Assembly: GCA_965261685.1 (NCBI GenBank)
Contig: CBDHDI010000026.1
Span: forward strand, 423,777-487,776
From: Dehalococcoidia bacterium
GTDB taxonomy: Bacteria > Chloroflexota > Dehalococcoidia > UBA2979
Direction of reading: 5' to 3'
DNA: 64,000 nt
Of the stretch, positions 32,045-43,400 are shown in pieces. Numbering within the stretch: the first letter of the stretch is position 1; each line of letters begins with the position of its first letter. The notes below the pieces were generated by a model, which saw nothing but the letters and a program-made list of their open reading frames with translations, had not been told where the DNA came from and did not search any database. Position numbers and translations under genes: made by a program.

Positions 32045-33702
32045 CTCGAATCCACCGATCGAAGCTTGAAGGGGCGGGCTGCCGGGCTGCCGGAGCGTTC
32101 GGCGGGCGTGCCGGCGTTCGCCGGGCGGTGCCGGAGCGAGGAGCCGTCGCTCAGCGTCGCTCAGCGCGGCTCGGGGGCGCTGAGGGCGCCGGCGCGAGGG
32201 TGCGCGAGGCGTGCGCGGGCATGCTGGCGCGAGCCTCGGACCCGTGTTGGCGCTGTGAGCGAGCGTCAGGCCGGGAGCGGTAACGCCCGTAACCGCGCCA
32301 GGGCGGCTGCCCACTGGCCAGCCCAGGGCCAGCGCTTCGCGAGGTGCAGGGTCCAGCGCCGTGCAGAATGGGTGAGCCGTCCGGCGAGAGCGAAGTAGCG
32401 CCGCCTGAGCGTCCTGGTCGTCACGATCCCCTCGCCGAGCCCGAGCCGCGCCGTCCAGCGGGCGAGGTTGTGCGCGATCACCTGCACCGCGAGCCACGCC
32501 CCGTTCGCGCCGAAGCGGCCCGAGGGGAGATGGTTCAGCCCGACGCCGTACTTGAGGTCACGGATCGTGTTCTCGATCTCGGCGTGACGGCGATGGTCGG
32601 CCTCCAGCTCCAGCAGCTCCCCGGCGCGATCGGTGATGAAGGCGTGGTAACTATAGTTCGCAAAGAGCGCGAGCTGTGAGCCGGGCGTCGGCTTGACGCG
32701 CCGCACGATGAGCCGCACCGCGGTGGCATCCTCCTTGTGCTGGAACGGCGTGTAGGTCGTCTCGGCGACATCCGCGCCGCCCGGCAGCCAGTACGGGATC
32801 GGCGTCCAGTCCTCTTCCGGGATCGCCTCGATCAGCGTGCGTACGTTCGGCTGCTGGCGAATGGTGATGGAGAAGCGGACATCCTGCTTGCGGCAGACGG
32901 CGACGACGGCGTGGTTGTAGAAGCCGCTGTCGGCGCGCACCGTGAGCTGCCCGCTCGCCCCGGCGTCGCGCACCCGCGCCACCGTCTCACGCAGGAAGTG
33001 GGCGGCGCCGCGGGCGGTGTTGGCGCGGCCCTCGCGCAGCCGCGCCATCAGCACGTCACCCGTCCCGGCCGCAACGGCGAGCAGCGGGTGATAGCCGCGC
33101 ACGCCCGTGTAGCCGTGGTGCCGGGCGCCCTCCTTCGCCAGGCCGTAGGTCTCGCAGATCGTCGAATCGAGGTCGATCGTGAACGGCGCCGCGCCCGGGC
33201 CCGCTCCGGCCGCCCAGCTGCGGGCGAGCAACTCGCGGCTGAGGCGGTCGAGCTGGCGGACGTGGCCCCAGCTGAAGCTGCGCAGGAAGACACCGAGCGT
33301 GGACGGCGCCTTGACGGTGCAACCGAGCACGCTCGCCGTCCCGCCGGCGCGCAACGCAGCGGCGTCGTCGATGCACTCGCCGCCCGCGAGCGCCGAGGCG
33401 ACCAGGGTCAGCAGCTTGTCGCCGGCGTTCGCCCGGCCCGGCGCGTCACCGAGGTCGAGGTAGCTGTCGGCGAGCTCTTGCAAACCGAGATGCTGGGCGA
33501 GCGTGGCCGGGAGGAGCAGCCCCGCATCGGCCACCAGGCGGTCGTCGTCGAAGGCGATGTCTATCCGGTCGGGGTCGCTCGTTGGTAGCATCGAATGGGT
33601 GCTCCCTGTGGCTGTGACGTGATTCGGTCAAAAACCATTGTCCCAGCTACAGCGGAGCACCCAACCGCAACCGCTCATGCGCTCTTCTTCGGTGGATCCC
33701 GG
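32045..33702 (-). mobile_element. IS1380-family IS, copy 3 (1658 bp), TSD CTTAT (=ATAAG)
   Basis: cactcCTTAT|ctcgaatccacc ... ggatcccgg|CTTATcag. Transposase 32266..33591 (-), 441 aa. Confidence 0.85.
32266..33591 (-). CDS. IS1380-family DDE transposase (441 aa, identical in copies 3,4,5)
   Basis: Identical protein at 46487..47812 and 51757..53082. Confidence 0.9.
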   Translation of the reverse strand: MLPTSDPDRIDIAFDDDRLVADAGLLLPATLAQHLGLQELADSYLDLGDAPGRANAGDKLLTLVASALAGGECIDDAAALRAGGTASVLGCTVKAPSTLGVFLRSFSWGHVRQLDRLSRELLARSWAAGAGPGAAPFTIDLDSTICETYGLAKEGARHHGYTGVRGYHPLLAVAAGTGDVLMARLREGRANTARGAAHFLRETVARVRDAGASGQLTVRADSGFYNHAVVAVCRKQDVRFSITIRQQPNVRTLIEAIPEEDWTPIPYWLPGGADVAETTYTPFQHKEDATAVRLIVRRVKPTPGSQLALFANYSYHAFITDRAGELLELEADHRRHAEIENTIRDLKYGVGLNHLPSGRFGANGAWLAVQVIAHNLARWTARLGLGEGIVTTRTLRRRYFALAGRLTHSARRWTLHLAKRWPWAGQWAAALARLRALPLPA

Positions 33703-33903
33703 CTTATCAGCTGTACTGACCACAGAGCCCCGCCCTTCGCACGGCCCCACTGCTGCCCAGGCTCTTTCGCACCGGTCCACGAACATGGGTATGACGACCC
33801 GCTCGGGCGAAGAGGGATGCGCTAGGCTCTACGTGGCGCTCGCGTTCTGAGCAGGCGAACTGGGCCTGCCTAGCCACGCTAGGTCAATCCCGGGCCTCAC
33901 TCC

Positions 33904-34752
33904 TCATCCTCCGCGGAGGTTTCGGTGGGCGGCTGGAAGTGCTTGCTGCGCGACTTCCCGCGGGCCGGTTCGTCGGGCGCGGCGTCTTTCCGATGCGGCG
34001 GGCGCGGCGTCTTTCCGATGCGGCGGTGGCGACTCGCCGCCGTGGAGCGCCTCGAGGCCCTTGCGGTACTCCTCCACGCGCCTGCGGCCCTCGGCCCGGC
34101 GGGCGGCGATCTCCCCCTCCGTCACGAGGTAGGAGGCCGCCTCGGCGCGGATGGCGGCGGCGACGTTGGCATCGCCTTCCTCCGGCTTGAGCACCTTCAT
34201 GGAGAAGGCGGGCGTGCGCTCGCTTCCCACGGTGGCGCGCACGTAGCAGTGGTGGACCGGGAGGGAGACGATGTCCTCCTCGGAGATGCGGTCGCGGTCG
34301 AGCTCCCAGACGAGCTGGCGCGCGTCGGAGCCGGCCACCTGGAAGATGGCGAGGCAGCCGACGTTGGCGAGCAGGGTGTTGCGCATCGTGCGCGAGAGGT
34401 CGTCGAGCTTGTCGAGGCTCTGCGTGGCGAGCACGAACGACGCCCCGAACTTCCCCAATTCACTGAGCATCGACTCGTAGTCGACGCCCGGCATCGACTG
34501 CATCTCGTCCACCACCACCAGGGCGCCGCGCCGCCGTTCCGGAGGCCGGTCGCCCTGCTCGCGGATGACGGCGTCGACGAGGTTGAGGATGGATGAGCCC
34601 ACGAGGGCGGCGACATCGCGCCCGGCCGTGCCCTGGGCGGTGGAGACGAAGAGGATGCCGCCGTCGAGGATCGTGCGCCTGAGGTCGATGGTGGAGCGGG
34701 GCTGGCCGAGGATGGCGCGCGCCCGCTTGGAGGAGCCCTCTACGCCCTGCAT
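33904..34752 (-). pseudogene. C-terminal fragment of a type IV coupling protein (TraD/TraG/VirD4-like) ATPase
   Basis: ALVVVDEMQSMPGVD...GKFGASFVLATQSLDKLDD. This resembles the Walker B and following region of T4CP/FtsK-like ATPases; the N-terminal roughly two thirds are absent. Confidence 0.45.
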
Positions 34753-35183
34753 GAGGGCGTCTACCTCCCCTACATCCTCGGCGCGCCGGACTTCGTCAAC
34801 GGCGAGTTCGGCGATCTGTTCGCCGACGGGCTCCCGGTCATGGCGCCGCTGGTCGCCGGCAGCAACGGACCGCCCTCGGCGGACCCGTTCGGTGATGAGC
34901 TGGACGGCGCTGGGCCGCAGCCGTGGCCGGAGTGCCTGCGCGGCGACGTCGCCGAGGGCTTCAGTCTCGTCGTCTTCGAGGGGGGCAGTGTCGAGCAGTT
35001 GGTCGCCTGCGCCCAGCAGCGGGCCGTCACGGCAGTCTATGTCCTCGCCGGCGGCGAGTGGGTGTCCTACATCCTCGGAGCCCCGGAGTTCGCGAACCAG
35101 TCGTTCCTCGATCTGTTCGCCGACGGCCTTCCTGCTATCACACCACTGGTCGCGAAGGGTCCGGTGCCTGCGGCTGATGCGAG
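34746..35183 (+). pseudogene. 3'-terminal fragment of a giant-surface-protein paralog (two C-terminal modules), truncated by IS256
   Basis: YLPYILGAPDFVNGEFGDLFADGLPVMAPLVAGSNGPPSADPFGDELDGAGPQPWPECLRGDVAEGFSLVVFEGGSVEQLVACAQQRAVTAVYVLAGGEWVSYILGAPEFANQSFLDLFADGLPAITPLVAKGP. This matches the last ~145 aa of 53309..55027. Confidence 0.6.
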
Positions 35184-36549
35184 GGTCACGTCCCGCAAGT
35201 TGGTGTCACAGTGCACCATCCTTATCAATTGCTAGCTGGCAGCTTGCAGCAGCACCTCCTCGCCTGAAGTGACCTCGCGCCCGGGCGGGTGCAGCAGCGT
35301 CACCATCGTCATGTAGCGCCTCGCCACGGCCCACTCGTCGTGCTGCTCGGCCAGCAGCGCGCCGACCAGCCGCACGACCGCGGCGCGGTTGGGGAAGATG
35401 CCGACCACGTCGGTGCGCCTGCGGATCTCGCGGTTGAGGCGCTCCTGCGGGTTGTTCGACCAGACCTGCTTCCAGTGCGCGACCGGGCAGGCCGTGAACG
35501 CCAGGACATCCGGCGCCGCCTCGGCGAGCATCGCCGCGGCCGCGGGGAAGCGCGCCTCCAGTTGCTCCACGACGCGGGCGTGCTGGGCGTGCACCGCCTC
35601 CGCCGACGGCTGTTGGAAGATCGTGCGCACCGTCGTCGCCACTAGCCCCTCGGCGCTCTTCGGTACCCGCGTCAGCACGTTCCTCATGAAGTGCGTGCGG
35701 CAGCGCTGCCACGAGGCGCCGCCGAAGACGGTCGCGATCGCCGCCCTGAGGCCCTGGTGGGCGTCGGAGGTCACGAGCTCCACGCCGGAGAGCCCGCGCG
35801 CCACCAGCCCGCGGAGAAATGAGAGCCAAGACGCCCCGTCCTCGCTCGTGCCGACGTCAATGCCCAGCACCTCACGCTTGCCGTCGGCGTTGACGGCCGT
35901 GGCGACGACGACGCTGACCTGGGCGATACGGCCCTCCTCGCGCACGCGCTGGGTGAGCGCGTCGAGCCAGAGGTAGCGGTACGGACCGCCGTCGAGCGGC
36001 CGCTCGAGGAAGCTCGTGACGACGCTGTCGAGCTCGGCGCAGATGCGCGAGACCTGGCTCTTGGAGATGCCCTCGCAGCCGAGCGAACGCACGAGGTCGT
36101 CGACGCGGCGGGTCGAGACGCCCTCGACGTAGGCCTGCTGCACAACCGACAGCAGCGCGCGCTCAGCACGGCGCCTGGGCTCGAGCAGGGCGGGGAAGTA
36201 GCTGCCCTGGCGCAGCTTCGGGATCTGCAGCTCGATGCTGCCGGCGCGCGTGTCCCAGCGCCTCGGCCGGTAGCCGTTGCGCCGGGTGATGCGCTCGGGG
36301 CTGCGCTCGCCGTAGGCGGCGCCGGCCTGCTCTGCGACCTCGGCCTCCATCACCGCCTCGGCGAGCACCGCGACCGCCTCACGCAAGAAGTCGAGGTCAC
36401 CCCCGGCCGCCTGCTTGCGGAGCAACTCCAACAAGTTCACGCTCTCCCTGACCACCGTAGTCCTCCTTCACGTGACTAACTCCTGTGTGAAGGATGGCGC
36501 GGTGGTCTCCTACGTCCACCTCTGTGACACCACTTGCTGGGACGCTACT
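35184..36549 (-). mobile_element. IS256-family IS, copy 1 (1366 bp) with perfect 8-bp TSD GATGCGAG
   Basis: Ends are GGTCACGTCCCGCAAGTTGGTGTCACAG ... CTGTGACACCACTTGCTGGGACGCTACT, and gatgcgag directly flanks both ends. Confidence 0.85.
35232..36455 (-). CDS. IS256-family (Mutator-type) transposase, 407 aa
   Basis: Identical to 57440..58663. Confidence 0.9.
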   Translation of the reverse strand: MVRESVNLLELLRKQAAGGDLDFLREAVAVLAEAVMEAEVAEQAGAAYGERSPERITRRNGYRPRRWDTRAGSIELQIPKLRQGSYFPALLEPRRRAERALLSVVQQAYVEGVSTRRVDDLVRSLGCEGISKSQVSRICAELDSVVTSFLERPLDGGPYRYLWLDALTQRVREEGRIAQVSVVVATAVNADGKREVLGIDVGTSEDGASWLSFLRGLVARGLSGVELVTSDAHQGLRAAIATVFGGASWQRCRTHFMRNVLTRVPKSAEGLVATTVRTIFQQPSAEAVHAQHARVVEQLEARFPAAAAMLAEAAPDVLAFTACPVAHWKQVWSNNPQERLNREIRRRTDVVGIFPNRAAVVRLVGALLAEQHDEWAVARRYMTMVTLLHPPGREVTSGEEVLLQAAS

Positions 36550-37091
36550 GATGCGAGTCAAACCGGCGCGGCAAGCCGGTAGCGGTTCACCCACACAGAC
36601 TCAGCAACCATGGCGCGCCTCTCGGCCAATCAGCAGGGCGGCTCTGATGCGCGCGCAACGGCTCGATCTCCGACTACACGAGTGACGGGGTGCGGGCGAG
36701 AGAGAGACTCACAACAACTCACCATTGCGACTCAATAGCTGACAGATAACTCATACATAAGTACTCTCTTTGTGCTCTCATGGGTTACGTGATGAACATG
36801 GACGCCGTAACTCGCGCGATTGCGCGGACAGCAACTGGAATTGTTGCCGCTTCGAGTGCGCGCACGCGGATGACCAGCGCGGCCACGGTTGCGGTGGCGG
36901 CGCGTCCCAACCGACCTGCCACCGGAGCGCCGACGATCAGCGGGACGGCGCAGGTCGGCGAGACGTTGACGGCGGACGTCTCCGCGATCGCCGACGCGGC
37001 CTGAGCAATGCGGTCTACGAGTACTAGCAGGGTGATGAAAAACCCCTGAGGGCGCAGGAATGGAGCGTTCGGAGCACTGCGGAGTTTCGAG

Positions 37092-37113
37092 AACCCCTTG
37101 TATACAAAGGGTT
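37092..37113. promoter_or_regulatory. Imperfect 22-bp palindrome AACCCCTTGTATACAAAGGGTT (core TTGTATACAA) ~310 bp upstream of giant gene
   Basis: Read directly. It lies downstream of a short AT-richer patch (~36700-36790) in an otherwise 70% GC sequence. Confidence 0.3.
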
Positions 37114-37424
37114 CCTCATGCGCCGCAATCAGCCGATTCAGGGCGGAGACCGCCCCGGGAAGACTTTTTCAGCAGCCTGCTAGTGGCTGGTCGGCGGTCT
37201 GGTTACCGAGATCACGGGCGCGAACGGTTCGGCCTCCCCCGCGGTCAAACGCAGCATTCCGATCAGATCGCGATGGCGAACGGATCGGCTGACCGAGCCG
37301 GCCGGCGGAAGGTCCGGTCGCGCGAGCAGGAAGGACTCATGACGCAGGCAACCGGAGACCGGGGCGGCGCCCCTGATGGTCACCCTCCCTCCACGGCGCT
37401 CATGCTCGACGTGTTGTCAGGCCA

Positions 37425-40400
37425 ATGCTCCGCATCGCCCGGATAGTCGCTGTGCGCTCGATGATTGGCGCGCTGGGCGCGCTGGTCGCGCTGCTGGCCA
37501 GCCTCGATTCTGCGCATGCCGACCCGGCCTGCGCGCTTCCGCCCATTGGCCTCGACAGCGCCCTGGACGAGGGTGGTGCGGGCATCATCCTGACCTGGCA
37601 AGCGTCGCCCTGCGACCCGGACGGGTACGCCATCTATCGCCGCGACATGAACGACGCCGGGGCCAGGATGCTGCGCCACGCCACCGTGCCGGGCGACGCG
37701 CTCTCTTATCTCGACGCCGATGTCTCGGCTGGCGTCACCTACCGATACCGGGTCAGGTCCAACGACAGCGGTCGCCGCTCAGACTTCACCGATATCACGA
37801 CGCCATCGGCGTCCCGCGCATCGCAAGCCTCGACCGACGCCGAGCTGAGCGCGCTCAGCCTCAGCCCCGGGACGCTGGATCCCGCCTTCGACCGGATGAC
37901 GGACTCCTACACGGCGTCGGTCGAGCATCTGCAATCTCCGATCACACTGATCGCCACGGCGTCCGATCCGGTCAACGCCAGGGTCGAGTTCCTGGACGGC
38001 GACGACATGCCGCTGGCGGACGCCGACGGCAACACGGCAGGCCACCAGGTGGACCTCGCCGTGGGCGAGAACACGAGCAAGATCAAGGTGACCGCTGAGG
38101 ATGACTTGACCACTCGGACGTACACGCTGGTCGTGACCCGCGCCGGGCCGAACACCGACCTCAGCGATCTGCGGGTGAACGGCGTCAGCGTGCCCGGATT
38201 CGACTCGGACGTTAAGTACAAGTCGTCCGGCGTGCAGCGCGGCGTGGCCGCATCGGTGGCGCAAGCGACGATCGAGGGCGTCACCGACGATCCCGACGCC
38301 GCGGTTGCCTACCTGGGCACGGACGCCGACGAGATGACCGACGGCCACCAGGTGAACCTCAGCGAGGGCCGGAACGAGATATCGATCGTCGTCACCGCGG
38401 CCGACGGCGTCACGACGAGGACCTACCTGCTGAGCGTCAACCGGGGCTCGGACGCGCCCTTCGGTTGGAGGGCGCAGGACGACTTCGACACCCTGGTGGC
38501 GGCCGGGAACAACTCACCCGTGGGCCTCTGGTCGGACGGCACGACCATGTGGGTGGCGGAAGACCACGATCCGCTCGAACGGCTCTTCGCGTACGCGCGC
38601 GACACCAGGTTGCGCGATCCCGACAAGGACTTCGAAACCCTGCGGGCGGCTTCGAACACGAACGTCCGGGGCATCTGGTCGGACGGCATGACCATGTGGG
38701 TGGCGGACAGCTATGACGAAAAGCTCTACGGCTACGCGATGGATACGCGGCAGCGGGCCTCGGGCAAGGACTTCAACTCGCTGGAGGCGGCCGACAACAC
38801 CGATCCCGGGGACATTTGGTCTGACGGCGAGACCATCTGGGTGGTGGAGAAGAGTGACCCAAAGCTCTATGCCTATCGGCTCGCCACCGGTGAGCGGGAC
38901 TCGGCCAAGGACTTCAACACCCTGGCCGGCGACCATTCCGCTCGCAATGCTATCTGGTCCGACCGCACGACCATCTGGATCGGAGACAGCGCGAGAGAAG
39001 AACTCTACGCCTACGACCTGGCTACCGGGAAGCGCGATCGCGGCAGCGACTTCAACACCCTGAAAGCAGTCCGCAACACACACATCCGCTACATCTGGTC
39101 CGACGGTACGATCATGTGGGTATCAGACCGGAGAGATGGCAAGCTCTACGCCTACAACATGCCCGGCAACGCGGACCTGAGCGGGCTCAGTCTCAGCGCC
39201 GGGACATTGGAGCCGGCGTTCCACCGGGTGACGACGTCATATGCGGCGTCGGCGCCGAACGCCGTGTCCACGATCACGGTGACCGCGCCGGCGTCCGATG
39301 CCGGCCAGGCCACGGTTGAGTTCCTCGACGCCTCGGACGAGACGCTGGCGGACGCCGATCTCAACACTGCGGGACACCAAGTCGCCCTCGCCCCGGGTGA
39401 GAACACGATCAAGATCAAGGTCACCGCCGAAGACGGCGCCACGACCCGGACCTACACCCTCGTGGTCACCCGACAGGGGCCGCTGGAGGTGAGCTTCGGA
39501 TCGTCCTCGTTCCGCGTCGCAGAGGGTGGCTCTGTCACGGTGACGGCCGTTCTGGAGCGGGCGACCGAGCGTGACGTGGCGGTCCCGCTGATCGTCACAG
39601 CCGGGAGCGGCGTCAGCGACGATGACTACTCAGGCGTGCCGGAGAACCTGATAATCGCTCGCGGTTCGTTTTTCGCGACCTTCAGTTTCAAGGCCGAGGG
39701 CGACGTCGTCGTCGAGGACGACGAGGTCGTCACCGTGTCGTTCGACACGTTGCCCGATGGCCTGACCGCGGGTACTCCGACAACGACCACGGTCACAATC
39801 GAAGACGACGACGAACCGAACTGGTTGGTCTCGGTGGTTCCGGCGTCGATCGCCGAGGCGAACGAGTCAGCGGCAACGGTGTCGGTGAGCAGCGGCGGCG
39901 TGACGTTCACCGCTGACAGGACGATCAGCCTCAATTTCGTGGGCACGGCGACCGAAGCGGTGGACTACGAGGTCGCGGCCAAGACGTTGACCCTCGCGGT
40001 CGGAGAGCACACGGTCGCGACCACGGTCAGCGCGCTGGACGACAGCGTCTCGGACCTCGACGAGCAGATCCTGGTCAGGGCGACGCTGGACGGCGCCAGG
40101 ATCGGCGCTCAGCAGACGATCACCATCGCCGACGACGACGAGGCGTCCGACGGGATCGTGCTCGAAGTTGCGCCCAACCGGGTCAACGAGGACGCGGGCG
40201 TTACGACCCTGACGGTGACCGGCACGCTCAACGGTTCGGCGCTGACGACCGACACGCTGGTGTCGCTCATGCTCGCTGCCGGCACCGCGACCGTGACCAC
40301 CGACTACACGGTCAGCTCGAACACGGCCACGCTCACGATCCCGGCGGCGGCGACATCGGGGACGGCCAGCTTCCGGCTGACCCCGGTCGACGACGCGATC

Positions 40401-43400
40401 GACGACGACGACGAGACCGTGACGATCGCGGCGTCGACGATGTCGGCCCTGACGCTGTCGACGTCGTCGCTGACCGTCACGATCGCCGACGACGACGAAC
40501 CGAATACCGCGCCCGTCTTCCAGCCTCCGTCCCCGACGCGCAGCGTGGACGAGAACAGCGCAGCAGGCGTCGCCGTGGGCGCGCCGGTGACCGCGATCGA
40601 CGCCGACAACGACCGGCTGAGCTACTCGCTGGGCGGCGCCGGCGCGACCGCGTTCCGGATCGATGAGGCCAGCGGACAGCTGCGCACGGTCTCGGGGGTT
40701 GACTACGACCATGAGGCGGCCGACCGCTACGCCGTGACGGTCACCGCCGACGACCTGCGCGGGGGCGTCGGCAGGGCGTCGGTGACGATTCACGTCAGCG
40801 ACCTGGACGAGCCGCCGCCCGCCCCCGCCGAGCCAACCGTGACGCCCACGGTCGGCGAAACGGACGGCCTGGAGGTGTTCTGGATTGCCCCCAGCGCGAG
40901 CGGCCGCCCCACGCTGAGCGGCTACGAGCTGCGCTATCGAGCGGGCGGCGGCTCGTGGGTCGGCTGGAACCACGCGGGCACGGGCATCGTCGCCACGCTC
41001 GACGGGCTCAAGGCTGGTACCCGTTACGAAGTCCAGGTGCGCGCCGGCAACCATGAGGGCTGGAGCAGCTGGTCGCAATTGGGCGCGGGCTCGACCAACA
41101 CTGCGGACGACATCTGTTCGGCTGACGGCCCGACCCCGACCAGGATCACGGTCAGTTCGGTGCCGATTGTGATCGCCTCGACGACGGACGACTACTTCGT
41201 CCTCTACGTCACCCACGAGTTGGACGGCGCCGAAATCTGGACGCCGGTCTCGGTCACCCGGGGCAACGCCGGCAGCACCACGCTCGCCGAGCAGGTCAGC
41301 CCGCTGCCCGCCTCGCGCTACCGGGTCGAGCGCTACTCCGTCTCCGACCCGGCCGACATCGACGGCGACTGTATCGACGACCTCGCCGAACTCGACGCCC
41401 TGGGCCGCTTGAACCCGCTCAACCCCGCACCCCAGATCGCGATCACGGACGGCGCGACGGCGATCCCCGACCGCTCGACCTTTGAGACGCTCGCCTTCTC
41501 CGAGCAGACCGCCGGGCATGAGTATGTCAAGTTCGCGCTGCTCGACATGGACACCGACGAGCCGCTGCTCTACTGGATCAACTCCAAGACCCACCGGCGC
41601 CACCCGATCGCCTTCTTCCTCGAGACGATCGGCCACGCGGGGCCGCACCTGCCTTGGTCGATCCCCGGCGAGGTCGTCTACAACCCCAACCTAACGGCGA
41701 CCGACGGCACGCGCGGCGTCTACTACTTCTGGCTGCTGCACTACGACGCCCGCTTCACGCCCGCCTTCCTGGAGCGCGTCTACGCGCTGCTCAGCTCGGC
41801 CATGCCGCTGCTCGACGACGACCTGCCGATGTACATCCCCAACCAGCGGCTCGGCAGCTATCGGGCCGATCTGGATACGCTCAGGGACTCGCGGATCCCA
41901 CTGCTCTTCAACGAGGACGTCTTCGGCAACGCCGACTTCCTCGCCCTCAACCACGGCGTCGGCTACGGCCGCCTGCGGGTGATGGCGCCGGGCGAGCGTC
42001 CCAACCCGCGCAACGTCGTGATCTACGAGACGCTGCCCAACGAGTTGCCGCGCGTCGCCGGGATCATCACCGGCGTGCCCCAGACTCCGCTCTCGCACGT
42101 CAATCTGCGCGCCGTCCAGGACGGCGTCCCCAACGCCTACATCAAGGAGCCGCTGGAGGACGACGAGATCGACGACCTGGTTGATCGCTTCGTCCGCTAC
42201 GAGGTGACAGCCGAGGGCTACGAACTGCGCGCCGCCGCCAAGGCCGAGGTCGACGCTCACTTCGCCCGCTCCCGACCCGCCCATGTGCAGACCCCGGAAC
42301 GCGACCTCACGGTCACGGCGATCAGCGCGCTCAGCGAGATCGGCTTCGACGACTGGCGCGCGCTCGGGGTCAAGGCCGCCAACGTCGCCGAACTGGGCAA
42401 GCTCGGCTTCCCCGAGGGCGCCGTGCCCGACGGCTTCGCCATCCCTTTCTACTTCTACGACGAGTTCATGCAGCACACCGCCCTGGGCGAGGAGACCGTC
42501 TTCGGCAAGGGCAAGGGCGCCGACGAGGACAAATTCACGCTGCCGGCCGAGACCAAGCTGATCGATGCCGTCCAGGCGATACTGGCCCACCCCAAGTTCC
42601 AGACGGACTTCGAGATCCAGGACGAGATGCTGGATGACCTCCGCGACGCGATCGAGGACGCCCAGAGCCCGCAGTGGATCATCGACGCCCTGACCGCCAT
42701 GCACGCGACGTATCCGCAGGGGCAATCGCTGCGCTACCGGTCGAGCACGAACAACGAGGATCTGCCGGGCTTCAGCGGCGCCGGGCTGTACGACTCCAAC
42801 ACCCAGAAGCCCGACGAGACCGTCGAGGACGGGATCGACAAGTCGCTCAAGCAGGTCTTCGCCAGCCTGTGGAACTTCCGGGCGTTCACCGAGCGGGAGT
42901 TCCATCGCATCGACCACCTGGCCACCGCGATGGGCATCCTCGTCCATCCCAACTACTCCGACGAGCGGGCCAACGGCGTGGCCGTGAGCTTCGACCCGAT
43001 TCGCGGCTACAGCAACTACTACTACCTCAACACCCAGCTCGGCGAGGACCTGGTCACCAACCCCGAGGCCGACTCCGAACCAGAGGAAATCCTGCTGCAC
43101 CGCAGCGGCGACTTCTACGAAGTCCTGGCGACCTCCAACCAGATCGAACCGGGCGCGCTGTTGATGACCGACCTGCAGATGAAGCAGCTGGCCGAGCACC
43201 TGACCGTGATCCACGACCACTTCGCCCGGCTCTATCCGGCCCGACCCTACGCAATCGAGATCGAGTTCAAGATCACCGAGGCAGACATCCTCGCGATCAA
43301 GCAGGCCCGGCCCTGGGTCTACGGCGCTGCGACCTCCTCCTCGCCGCTCACTGGCCCTGCGACCGTCGGCTACGAGGAGAATCGGGCCTCCCGTGTGGCC

